Origin: Candidatus Aminicenantia bacterium
Lineage (GTDB): Bacteria > Acidobacteriota > Aminicenantia > Aminicenantales > Saccharicenantaceae
Reading direction: 5' to 3'
NCBI GenBank assembly: GCA_041479905.1
Contig: JBGOYY010000007.1
Span: 5,162-69,161 of the forward strand
Length of the DNA stretch: 64,000 nucleotides
Made by a program: the position numbers and the translations under genes. The notes under the pieces are model-generated. The model saw only the letters and a list, made by a program, of their open reading frames with translations. It did no database searches and was not told the origin of the DNA. Of this stretch, positions 36,291 to 45,182 are shown piece by piece (within the stretch, counting starts at the first letter, position 1; every line of letters begins with the position of its first letter).

Positions 36291-38177
36291 ATGAAACGCA
36301 CGCGTCCAATGCTTTGGGTCTTTCCACTGGCCCTGGTCCTTCTGGCCGGCGGCTGCGCCACGAACGATCATACGCCGAACCCGGGTCTCGTCGTTAATTC
36401 CCTGGAGGACAACGCCACTCCGCCGAGCGGCACGATGACCCTCAGGTCGGCCATCGAGGCGGCCGGTGCGGGTGACACGATCACCTTCGACGAGTCGCTC
36501 GATGGAGAAACGATCCTGTTGACCATCGTGGCCGAGGAACACTCGGTGCTCAAAGGCGAAGTTTACTCCGGCATGACGTTTTCGGGCTATCAAGAGCGGG
36601 ACTACGGCAAATCGGCCCTCTATGCCGACAAGAACCTGACCATCGACGCCTCGGCGCTGCCGAACGGGATCACCGTCAAATGGAACGGGGGTGACGTGAG
36701 CCACGCCAGGGTCCTGGCCGTCTACGGCGACCTGACCATGAGGAACGTGACCATATCTTCCGGTTATTCCGTCGCCGAGGCGATCACGGGCGGGACCCAG
36801 CCCTACACTCTGGCCAGGGGAGGCGGTCTCGCGGTCTGGGGGACCGCTCAGCTCTATGACTGCACGGTCGCCGGCAACACCTGCTTCGGCGAATCCGGGT
36901 CCGCCAGGGACCGCGGCACCTACGGCGGCGGCATCTACGCCAACGGCCTGGACCTCAACGACTGCGTCATCAGCGGCAATTCGGTCATCGCCTACGGGGC
37001 CGGGGGCGGCGGCATCTATTCGGTCGGCGGCGGCGACAACACGGGCCGCCTCGGGAACGACGCGTCGCTGAGGGGGTGCACGGTCAGCGGCAACCGGGTC
37101 ACCGCCCAGCACGCCTACGGCGGCGGCATATTCACCTTGTCCGGCGGGCCGAACAACCTGGCGACGATGTTCCTGACGAACTGCACCATCGCCCGGAACC
37201 TCGTCCAGGACCACCCAGACCTCCCCAATGTGGGACAGTGGTATGATCGCGGCGGCGGCGTCTACATGGGCGGCGGATCGCTCTGGATGTCCAGCTGTAC
37301 CATCGCCGAAAACGCGGTCACGGGCGAATTGGCGATCTTCAGCGGCAAGCCCAACCAGGGTGGCGGGGGCGGATGTGCCACCGTCGGCAACGCCCATACC
37401 GTGGAGACCGTCTGGCTCCAGAATTCGGTCGTCGTCGGCAACACCCTGAACGGCGCGCCCGAGGACTGGTACGCGGGCTCCATCCTCGATTTCTTCAGCC
37501 AGGGCTACAACCTCGTCGGCGTCGTCGACTTCAGCTGGATCCTCGTGCCCGTTCCCGACTGGATGATGACCAGCCGCAAGCGCTGGCCGAAGGTCGGCGA
37601 CCATGACGGGGTCGCCCTCCTCGACGCCCTGAACGTGAGCGGCGCCCACTATCACGGCTCCGTCCTCTCGGCGGGGACGGACGCGGGCCAGCCGGCCATC
37701 CTCTGGTATCCCCCGGCCGACCTGGCGGCCGACAAGATCCCCAATCAGGAATACAGCGTCACCTACGTCAACGCCGGGTACTCGGGCTTCGGCGGGCCCA
37801 CGGATGATTTCCTGAACTACGTCATCCTCCAACTGAGGTCCCAATACGGCGCGATCCTAGGAGCGGATTTCGGCTCGAGCTTCGGCGACATGACCGGGAC
37901 GACCTGGTACGGCCCGGCCGTGACCTGGCCGTCGAACGCGCAGAACGCCGCCTGGATCACGTTCTGGCACAACCTGGACACCGCCATCGGGAACCGGCTC
38001 GGCATGGCCATCCTCGGGGACGACTTCTGGGGGACGTTCACGACCGGGCCGCTCAGCAATCACGTTAGCATCACGGTCACGAGGAACACGAAGCCATTCA
38101 GGATGGAAACGACCGACCAGCGCGGCAACGCCCGGCCGAACGGCACGATGGGCGACATCGGGGCGATCGAACGGTAA
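36291..38177 (+). CDS. lipoprotein with right-handed beta-helix / Pmp-like GGxI repeats
   Basis: AAAGGAGA RBS. Lipobox LLAGGC. Repeated GGGLAV, GGGIYA, GGGIYS, GGGIFT, GGGVYM motifs with CT(V/I)(A/S)GN turns. Start moved from 36156 to 36291. Confidence 0.6.
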   Translation: MKRTRPMLWVFPLALVLLAGGCATNDHTPNPGLVVNSLEDNATPPSGTMTLRSAIEAAGAGDTITFDESLDGETILLTIVAEEHSVLKGEVYSGMTFSGYQERDYGKSALYADKNLTIDASALPNGITVKWNGGDVSHARVLAVYGDLTMRNVTISSGYSVAEAITGGTQPYTLARGGGLAVWGTAQLYDCTVAGNTCFGESGSARDRGTYGGGIYANGLDLNDCVISGNSVIAYGAGGGGIYSVGGGDNTGRLGNDASLRGCTVSGNRVTAQHAYGGGIFTLSGGPNNLATMFLTNCTIARNLVQDHPDLPNVGQWYDRGGGVYMGGGSLWMSSCTIAENAVTGELAIFSGKPNQGGGGGCATVGNAHTVETVWLQNSVVVGNTLNGAPEDWYAGSILDFFSQGYNLVGVVDFSWILVPVPDWMMTSRKRWPKVGDHDGVALLDALNVSGAHYHGSVLSAGTDAGQPAILWYPPADLAADKIPNQEYSVTYVNAGYSGFGGPTDDFLNYVILQLRSQYGAILGADFGSSFGDMTGTTWYGPAVTWPSNAQNAAWITFWHNLDTAIGNRLGMAILGDDFWGTFTTGPLSNHVSITVTRNTKPFRMETTDQRGNARPNGTMGDIGAIER

Positions 38178-38192
38178 ATCGGCGCCGCTCCA

Positions 38193-39758
38193 TCACTTCA
38201 GCCGGGGCGCTATTTCGTAGCAGCTGACCGTCCTCAGAAAGAGCGTCCGCTCCATCCCTTCTTTGGGCGGCGGCACCGCGAAGGTCAGCACGGACTGCGA
38301 GCCGGGATTCACGAGAAAGAGGGCCGACCCGTCCTCGACGGTCAGCGCCCGGAGGACTTCGGCGGCGTCCGGGCTGTCCACGTCTTCCGCATCGACCAGG
38401 ACTTCGTCAACGGGCGTGTCCTCCCCGAAGTCCAGCGCCAGACAGTCGATCATCCAGTAGCCGACAGGGGGCTCGAGCTTGAGCCTGACCGTCGTTCCCT
38501 TGACGTCGCCGAGGTCCAGCCAATAAATCGCGTCTTCGGCCGGGAGCGGCCCTCCGGTGAATATCACCTGGCCGGTCTGCCATCCGAAGACGGTTTCCAG
38601 CCGGACACCGAGCCCGGTGAGCTCCCCTTCCCGATAAAGCGGCTTCGCGCCGGAGCGCGGAGCCGCGCCGCCGGCCCGCCCGAGGACTTCCCGGGCGAAC
38701 TGGGCTCGCCACATGGTGTTCGTGGCGTTGACGATGAGCTTGGCCTTGCGCGCGCCGGCGGGCCTCCGGAACTCAAACGTGAGCTCGTCGCGCGGATTCG
38801 CCGCAGCGACCGGCGCGGAATCTCCGCCGGGGCTCCGCCAGAAAATATCGTCCTTTTTGCCGACAAGCGGCGCGATGTCCCCCCCTGTCCGGTCGACGGC
38901 CCTGGCCGGAGCGACGGGGCCGGAAAAGGCACGAATGATCCCCAGGCTATCCGGCGCGACGCCGACGCCAACGGGGTGGTCGACGACGACGAGCTTGGCT
39001 TCGTCGACGCCTCGCGACACGCTCGACAAGTTGTCGAGCCGGACGCGGAGCTTCCCGTTCTCATCGGGCGCGGCGTCGACCGGCGTCCATTCCATGACCC
39101 AGAACTCGGTCTCCTCGGCGACGTTCGGCGACTCCTTCAGGGCGAGGAGTGCATTGACCGATCTGGGGGGAGCCGGCTCGCCGTTCGGCTCGAGCGCGGC
39201 TTCGATCGCGGAGTCGATCACGGAGTAGACGATATCTTCCGCGAGATCGTGGCCGAGGCCCTCATCGTCGTCCAAGGCCTCCACGAAAAGGATGGGCAAG
39301 AGAACGACTCCGCCAATCGTGTTCAGGGCCGTCATGGCGCCGTTCACTACCCTGACCTTGGCCTGGAGGACCTCGTCGAGCGGGATGCAGGCCGGAATAA
39401 GAACCTCGCAATCGAGGCGGTCCCGGGTGAGCCGGCTCGAAAGGACCTCGTAGCGGGCCCCGTCCTTCATGACGATGTTGGCCCGCTTCTTGACCCGGGT
39501 GGCCTCGGCGATCCCGTAGGGGTCGATCTCGACGGCGACGTGGACCTTGCCGACGACCACTCCGTCGACGACGCGGGCCGGTTCCTCCGCCCGGAACTCG
39601 AATTGGCCGGTTTTCGTCAGAATCCCGATGATCTCGGCTTTCCCGCCTCTGGCGGCCACGGCCTTGGGGCCCATCTCCTTGATCTTGTACGCGACACAGG
39701 ATGTCGAAAGAACGGCCAGTGTCAGCCAGGCGATGGCCGGGGCATGATTTTTCACCAT
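38193..39758 (-). CDS. lipoprotein of unknown function; paralog of 561-2090
   Basis: AAGGAGA RBS before the ATG at 39758 (MVKNHAPAIAWLTLAVLSTSC lipobox). Conserved C-terminal blocks are listed under 561-2090. Confidence 0.65.
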   Translation of the reverse strand: MVKNHAPAIAWLTLAVLSTSCVAYKIKEMGPKAVAARGGKAEIIGILTKTGQFEFRAEEPARVVDGVVVGKVHVAVEIDPYGIAEATRVKKRANIVMKDGARYEVLSSRLTRDRLDCEVLIPACIPLDEVLQAKVRVVNGAMTALNTIGGVVLLPILFVEALDDDEGLGHDLAEDIVYSVIDSAIEAALEPNGEPAPPRSVNALLALKESPNVAEETEFWVMEWTPVDAAPDENGKLRVRLDNLSSVSRGVDEAKLVVVDHPVGVGVAPDSLGIIRAFSGPVAPARAVDRTGGDIAPLVGKKDDIFWRSPGGDSAPVAAANPRDELTFEFRRPAGARKAKLIVNATNTMWRAQFAREVLGRAGGAAPRSGAKPLYREGELTGLGVRLETVFGWQTGQVIFTGGPLPAEDAIYWLDLGDVKGTTVRLKLEPPVGYWMIDCLALDFGEDTPVDEVLVDAEDVDSPDAAEVLRALTVEDGSALFLVNPGSQSVLTFAVPPPKEGMERTLFLRTVSCYEIAPRLK

Positions 39759-39980
39759 CGTCTCCTTTCCTGCGTCGCCTTTCATCCCGTTGGCTTCCTC
39801 TTTCGTCCCGTCGATATCAAGATAGGCTCCCAAAGAAAGGAAGGTGTCAACGTTAAGTTAAGAATCCGTCAATAGTTTGTCAAGAAGGGGGGGGGCCGTT
39901 CGGCATGGAGCTCGAGCCCAAGGCCCCCGCGAAGTAACAACCCTAAATGGGCTAGAACGACGGCCTAGCGAGAAAGCTGA

Positions 39981-40274
39981 CTAGAGCCTTTGGACGTTTT
40001 TATCTTTAATCGCGCTACGTTGATCGAACAATAGGATTTCGATAGAGCGCGATAAGGGGATTATCCGGAAATACACCCTGAACCTGCCGGACCTCCGCCG
40101 ATAAATATCCTTTTTCCCCTTTATCCTCTTTACGTCTCCCAAGAAGGGATTCGCCTGAAGACCTTCGAGCTCGGTCAGGATCCTTTCCTGAGTTTCCAGG
40201 TCGAGTGATCCGATGGCCCGACGCGCCTCGTTAGCGATCTTGCTTATGCGCCAGCTTTCTTCGGGCGAGGTCAC
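39981..40274 (-). CDS. type II toxin, RelE/ParE superfamily
   Basis: 97 aa, GTG start. C-terminal pattern YRRRSGRFRVYFRIIPLSRSIEILLFDQRS is typical of RelE/ParE toxins. Overlaps the upstream antitoxin gene by 44 nt. Confidence 0.65.
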   Translation of the reverse strand: MTSPEESWRISKIANEARRAIGSLDLETQERILTELEGLQANPFLGDVKRIKGKKDIYRRRSGRFRVYFRIIPLSRSIEILLFDQRSAIKDKNVQRL

Positions 40275-40506
40275 GCTTCATCTCCTCGAGTGTAGCGTAA
40301 CGGCCTCTTTCGATCTCGCGGATCCCCTCGCGGACCTTCTCCCACTCGCCGGCACTCAGTTCGACCTCATCGATCTCCGTTTTGACCATGTCCCTGATGA
40401 ACTCCCTGATCTTGCCGGTCTTGCTGTAGCCTTTTTCGTTGCAGACCGCCGTAAACGCCACATATTCCATTTCAGGAAGACGAAGCGTAATGCTTTTTTG
40501 TCTCAT
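40231..40506 (-). CDS. ribbon-helix-helix-type antitoxin
   Basis: MRQKSITLRLPEMEYVAFTAVCNEKGYSKTGKIREFI is RHH-like. The minus-strand promoter TTGACA-17-TATAAA (40568-40540) carries the palindrome GCATTAT-AA-ATAATGC across the -10 box. Confidence 0.6.
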   Translation of the reverse strand: MRQKSITLRLPEMEYVAFTAVCNEKGYSKTGKIREFIRDMVKTEIDEVELSAGEWEKVREGIREIERGRYATLEEMKRDLARRKLAHKQDR

Positions 40507-40608
40507 GATGCCCTCGCGTAATAAGCCCAATATGCATTATTTATAATGCTTTTTAATGTGCTTGTCAACAACCGTGGCGCTGAAATATACTTAATTTCGC
40601 GAGAACGG

Positions 40609-43017
40609 ATGAGAATACGGAAATTGGTCGTCTTAGCCTCGATCGTAATCGCCGCGGCCTGCTCGGGAGGAGACGCCGCGCGGCCGGACGACAACGCCCT
40701 CTCCCCCACCGCTCAAGATAAGCCCGCCATCATGCGGGCCGTAAATGGGATCCCCGGCTGGACGCCGACGGGCGACGTCGAGACCTACACGAAAGACGGC
40801 CTCTACGGCTACATCGACGGCGGGGCCGAGATCGTCCTCCAGTACGGCTTCCGCGAGCTCGCGGTTTTCAAGTTCAAGCCGGCTGCAGCCGCGGCCTTGC
40901 CCGCGCAAAAAGAACTCGTCCTCGAGATCTACCGGATGGAATCACCCGAGGCGGCCTTCGGCATCTACTCGACCAAGCTCGAAGGCGAGGAAGAGATCTG
41001 GCCCGGGATCAAGTCGGACCACTGGGTCAGCTCCGGACAGGGCGGGCTCGCCAAGGGCGAATACATGGTCAACATCCTGGCCCCGGAATGCAAAGACCGG
41101 GAGATCGGGGAATTCGCCGCGGCCCTCGAGCCAAAGATCCCCGGAAGCAGGATGGCCCGGCCGAAGGGCATGGCGTGGCTCCCGCGCGACGGCATGGTTG
41201 CCCGAAGCGGGCGATACATCAAGGGCCCGCTCGCGGCCCAGGGCGAATCGCCATTCCTCGAAGCCGCGTTTTGGGGGTTCGGCACTACGGACGGCGGGAC
41301 CGAGGCCTATTCGGCCAAGTACGGCGTCGCTCCCGCCGTTTCCAAGCTGGTCATCGTCGAATTCAGAAAAGCGCCCGAGGCCGGGGCCCTCGATGACGCC
41401 GTCCTGGCCGTCTTCAGAGAGTATCTCAAGGACGTCCGGCGCGAAGGCGAAACGCTCGAAGGCAAGAACGAAGCGGGCCGCTGGTTCCTTTTCGGGCGAA
41501 GCGGCCGGTTCGCAGCCCTCGTCCTCGGTGAGGCGGACCGTAACTTAGCCCGCGCCCGCCTTGACCTGGCCCTCGACCATGCCCTCGGCACGGCCGGCGC
41601 AGCCCCTCAGGAAAAGCCGAAAACGTTCCTCGTCGTCACGTTCGACACCGAAGATTACATTACGCCCGAGGCCGAGCACATCGACGACATTCCCAAGTGG
41701 CTGGCGGAGATCATGACCGAGGAGGGCGTCACCGGGACGTTCTTCGTTATCGGCGAGAAGGGCCGCTCGCTCGAAAAGCGGGGGCGCCGCGACGTTATCG
41801 CGGCCATGGCCAGGCACGACATCGGGAGTCATACCAACTTCGGCTCGATCCACCCGACGGTTACGGAGGAGCTGGAGAAGGCCGGATGGGACGACGGCGT
41901 GCGGCGGATGCAGGAACAGGAATCCGCCGGCATCGAAGAGCTGGAGCGTATCTTCGGTGTCCGCGTGACCACGCTAGCCCGGCACGGCGGCTCCTACGGG
42001 CCCCAGCTCGTCTACGCCCTGGGCCGGATCGGGGCGGGCTATCAGGGCTCCCCGGCGAGCCTTCCCGGACACGACGTCGTCTGGTTCTGTAACGCTTTGA
42101 ACTTCAGCGCTCAATACGCCGGGTTCGACGACGCCTATTACCGGGACGACCTGTTCGAGCCGGTCTTCGACAAGCTCAAGGCGGAATTGCCCGAGCAAGT
42201 GCAGACGGCCAACGTCCTCGCCCTCTTCGCCGGCCACCCGACCAAGATCCGGGCCGAGGAGTTCTGGGACCTGAACTTCTATAACGGCAAGAACACCGCT
42301 CCGGCCGAATGGAAAACGCCGCGCCTGCGGCAGCAGGAGACCATGGTCACGGCGCAGAAGAATTTCCGCCGCATGATGCGTTATCTCATGAGCCGGGACG
42401 ACATCGAGATCACGACCTATCGCGCGCTGATGGACCTCTACGCGGGCCAAAAGGAAAGCCTGACGCGGAAAGACCTCCGGGCTATTGCCGCCGGAACCCT
42501 GGAAACGAGGGTTCTTGCCCCGAGCGAGGGCTTCTCGCCGGCGGAGGCCTTCGCCAGCCTGGCCCTCGCGATCGTGGGACATCAGAATAGCGGGGCGCTT
42601 CCGGCGAGCCTGGAGACAGTCCACTCTCTCGGTCCTTTGGAGATGCCTCTGGCGCAGCCGGAAATCGCGCGCCTGAAAACCAAAGACGTCTATCGATTGG
42701 CGCGCGAAGCGAGCGAGCATATCAGGCGGACGGACACCCTGCCCGCGACGCTACAGGTCGGAAACGCGCGCCTCGGGGCCGGTTCGTTATTCGCCCTGTT
42801 CAGTGCCGTCTACCTCGACATGGACTCGGGCAAGCCGCGTCCGGAATACAACGTCCCCGCGTTCGAACCCTATCCCCGAACGAACGAAGCGAGAATCATC
42901 GGCGAAGTCGAAGGCTACAAGAGCTGGCCTGTCCACCGCCCCGACCTCGACATGTCGAATATCATCGAATTCACGAAGCTCCAACTCTGGACGCTCAAGC
43001 CCGCCCATCGCCGCTGA
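40609..43017 (+). CDS. 803-aa lipoprotein: unknown N-terminal domain plus a NodB/deacetylase-like region
   Basis: Lipobox (IVIAAAC). FLVVTFDTEDY and DIGSHTNFGS suggest a deacetylase-like fold (weak evidence). Start moved from 40546 to 40609. Confidence 0.5.
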   Translation: MRIRKLVVLASIVIAAACSGGDAARPDDNALSPTAQDKPAIMRAVNGIPGWTPTGDVETYTKDGLYGYIDGGAEIVLQYGFRELAVFKFKPAAAAALPAQKELVLEIYRMESPEAAFGIYSTKLEGEEEIWPGIKSDHWVSSGQGGLAKGEYMVNILAPECKDREIGEFAAALEPKIPGSRMARPKGMAWLPRDGMVARSGRYIKGPLAAQGESPFLEAAFWGFGTTDGGTEAYSAKYGVAPAVSKLVIVEFRKAPEAGALDDAVLAVFREYLKDVRREGETLEGKNEAGRWFLFGRSGRFAALVLGEADRNLARARLDLALDHALGTAGAAPQEKPKTFLVVTFDTEDYITPEAEHIDDIPKWLAEIMTEEGVTGTFFVIGEKGRSLEKRGRRDVIAAMARHDIGSHTNFGSIHPTVTEELEKAGWDDGVRRMQEQESAGIEELERIFGVRVTTLARHGGSYGPQLVYALGRIGAGYQGSPASLPGHDVVWFCNALNFSAQYAGFDDAYYRDDLFEPVFDKLKAELPEQVQTANVLALFAGHPTKIRAEEFWDLNFYNGKNTAPAEWKTPRLRQQETMVTAQKNFRRMMRYLMSRDDIEITTYRALMDLYAGQKESLTRKDLRAIAAGTLETRVLAPSEGFSPAEAFASLALAIVGHQNSGALPASLETVHSLGPLEMPLAQPEIARLKTKDVYRLAREASEHIRRTDTLPATLQVGNARLGAGSLFALFSAVYLDMDSGKPRPEYNVPAFEPYPRTNEARIIGEVEGYKSWPVHRPDLDMSNIIEFTKLQLWTLKPAHRR

Positions 43018-43025
43018 AACGGCCC

Positions 43026-43379
43026 TCAAACCTGCCGCGGTTCGAGGAGGAGCGTTAGGCCCGTGAATATTTCCGCGACTCGATCCTGAGACAGCGCACC
43101 GATTTTTTCTACCAGGGCGGATTTATCGACGGTATAAATTTGAGAGACGTTGACGACGCTGGCCCGCTCCAAGCCACCCTCGCCTTTTCGAAGAAGAACA
43201 TTCCCCGGAGCTTCGGCCCTCTGAAGATTGGTCGTGAGTTCGCAGACGACGACCGTCCGGATCCGGCTGACGTTGAAAAGATCGCTCTGGACGACGACAT
43301 AGGGATGAAGGAATCCCGGGCCAGAGCCGCCCGGCTCGCCGAAGTCGAGCCAATACACCTCCCCTTGTCGTATCGTCAA
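43026..43379 (-). CDS. mazF: type II toxin, PemK/MazF family endoribonuclease
   Basis: TIRQGEVYWLDFGEPGGSGPGFLHPYVVVQSD ... RASVVNVSQIYTVDKS. The TTG start overlaps the antitoxin stop (TTGA). Confidence 0.85.
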   Translation of the reverse strand: MTIRQGEVYWLDFGEPGGSGPGFLHPYVVVQSDLFNVSRIRTVVVCELTTNLQRAEAPGNVLLRKGEGGLERASVVNVSQIYTVDKSALVEKIGALSQDRVAEIFTGLTLLLEPRQV

Positions 43380-43624
43380 CGCGTTTTCCCCGTCAGCCGC
43401 TTTCGCTGGTATTCGCCCATGGTCTTCCGCCGCGCCGTCACGTCCGGCGTATCAGGCTGGGCATAGGCCTCATCGAGCTTTTCGATGAGGCGCCGGGTTT
43501 CGTTTCTCTGGATGAATTCACGGGCCGCCGAGACGAAGACTTGGCTTCTCGATTTCTTCTGCTCTTTGGCGATCTTCTCGACTTCCTGGAACACGTCGTC
43601 GGGGATCGATATAGCGATTTTCAT
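43376..43624 (-). CDS. RHH/CopG-type antitoxin (MazE-like partner)
   Basis: MKIAISIPDDVFQEVEKIAKEQKKSRSQVFVSAAREFI is a classic RHH N-terminus. Start moved from 43690 to 43624. Confidence 0.75.
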   Translation of the reverse strand: MKIAISIPDDVFQEVEKIAKEQKKSRSQVFVSAAREFIQRNETRRLIEKLDEAYAQPDTPDVTARRKTMGEYQRKRLTGKTR

Positions 43625-43630
43625 ACCATT

Positions 43631-43660
43631 AGTATGCACGTATATCATACCCATTGTCAA
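43631..43660 (-). promoter_or_regulatory. promoter of the RHH/MazF operon (TTGACA-18-CATACT), predicted leaderless
   Basis: The minus strand reads TTGACA (43660-43655), an 18-nt spacer containing the inverted repeat GTATG-N10-CATAC, then CATACT (43636-43631). Six nt later comes the antitoxin ATG, with no SD. Confidence 0.5.
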
Positions 43661-43761
43661 GAGAGTCTTCCCTCGCCATTGACGGAACATTCGAGGGTCT
43701 CTCTAATCAAGAAGACGCTTGAGTCGCAGCCTTTTTCTCGGCCGATTAAGGAGAGAACTGG

Positions 43762-45093
43762 TCAGCCCGGGCGCTTGGCGAGCGTCACGAGGCCGACGTT
43801 CGGGACGGCCTGATACATGACGTACGCGCCCCGCCTGTCCCGGGCCGGCCTTGCGCTTGTCGTCCGGCTTCCCTGTTTCACTTCGACGGAGGGCCATCGG
43901 GCCGGGACGTAGGTTTTCAAGGTTAACGGAAGATCATAAATCTCTCCCGGCAAGTCGTGGCGGAGGTCGACTTCGATCGTCCCGCCCCTCCGTGAGGTCG
44001 TCACCTGGCCGCGCATCCGCTCCCGCATGTACTTCGTCACATCCTGGAATGTCGCCACCCAGAGCCGGGCTTCTAACGACTTGATATAGCCAAAATACTC
44101 CTCGAGCTCCGCGCCGGTCTTCGGCTCCCAGCCGATGCCGTCGACGCCGTGGAAGACGAGGACCAGCCAGATGTTTTCGCGGCCGGCGATCGTATCGACC
44201 CAACCCTTCATCTGGCTCATGGGCGTCGCCGTCAGAACGCCCCGCTGCCACTGGACATACTCTTTGGCGGACGCGGCGGGGCCCCTGTCGTTCCAACGGT
44301 TGAGCTCTTCGAGGAACGGCTCGGGCAGGCGATTGCGCGACGCCGGATAGCGGGCCAAGGCGTACCGGACCACCCGTTCGTCCTCGGTGCCGAAGGGACA
44401 CTCGATCGTGAACGTGTGCTTGGGGCCGAGGTGGTCGAGGATGTCCTCACGGCTCTTCTCCAGCTCGTAGACCAGGTTGGCCTCGTCGAGGACCGCCAGC
44501 CGGGGATGCGTGACCGTATGGCTCGAGAATTCGTACCCCTCGCCGGCCAGGACTTTCAGGTCGTCCCAGGTCAGTGCGTTTTTGCCGCCGTCGGCGGGCG
44601 ACACGGCCTCCGGTTTAAGCGCGTCCCGGCGGACCTTGGCGTAGGCCTCGTCGATCAGCCGGCATGCGGCGTCTATCTTGCCATCCTCAAACAGTTCGCC
44701 GGCGCGGAGGTGATAGTCGAAGCCCCCCTGGAGGCCGAGGCGGCCGATCGCGGAAACCCGTACGAAAAAGTTGTCCGGTCCGGTCGGGACGCCGGCCGTT
44801 TCCCGGACGATGGCATCGGTGGGACGGCCGATGAACGCGCCGTGATATCGCGACCCGCTAATCTCGCCCGTTATGATATGAAACGTGGCCGGGAAGCCGA
44901 AGCCCTTCATCAGAGGCACGGCGACGCGGAACTGATTGATGCTGCCGTCGTCATAAGTCAGCGAAACCGCCGCCGCTTTGCCGTCCTGCCACTTGGCGAT
45001 CTCGGTTCGGATATCTTGCCGGCCACAGCCGGCCAGCGCGGCCAGGATCATCAACCCGGCCAAGGCGACCAGAGCGCCAACCGTTTTCTTCAT
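43762..45093 (-). CDS. polysaccharide deacetylase (NodB-homology) family lipoprotein
   Basis: Lipobox (ALAGC). TYDDGS motif 1 and SHTVTHP motif. Confidence 0.75.
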   Translation of the reverse strand: MKKTVGALVALAGLMILAALAGCGRQDIRTEIAKWQDGKAAAVSLTYDDGSINQFRVAVPLMKGFGFPATFHIITGEISGSRYHGAFIGRPTDAIVRETAGVPTGPDNFFVRVSAIGRLGLQGGFDYHLRAGELFEDGKIDAACRLIDEAYAKVRRDALKPEAVSPADGGKNALTWDDLKVLAGEGYEFSSHTVTHPRLAVLDEANLVYELEKSREDILDHLGPKHTFTIECPFGTEDERVVRYALARYPASRNRLPEPFLEELNRWNDRGPAASAKEYVQWQRGVLTATPMSQMKGWVDTIAGRENIWLVLVFHGVDGIGWEPKTGAELEEYFGYIKSLEARLWVATFQDVTKYMRERMRGQVTTSRRGGTIEVDLRHDLPGEIYDLPLTLKTYVPARWPSVEVKQGSRTTSARPARDRRGAYVMYQAVPNVGLVTLAKRPG

Positions 45094-45182
45094 GCGAGCC
45101 TCAAGGGACGGTCATCGCCTCGGACACGTACGTCTCCGGGCCGGCGCCCTTGCCGCAAAAAAGCAGTGATGAAAATTCTTCT

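Noticed and set aside
36207-37844. 545-aa minus-strand ORF opposite the beta-helix lipoprotein gene. Similar cases: 38976-39875, 41974-42720, 44149-45186, 49678-50583, 51520-52245, 52972-53778, 54532-55419 and 56604-57632
   Set aside because: All are antisense to genes with signal peptides or family motifs, and their products are Arg/Asp/Gly-rich.
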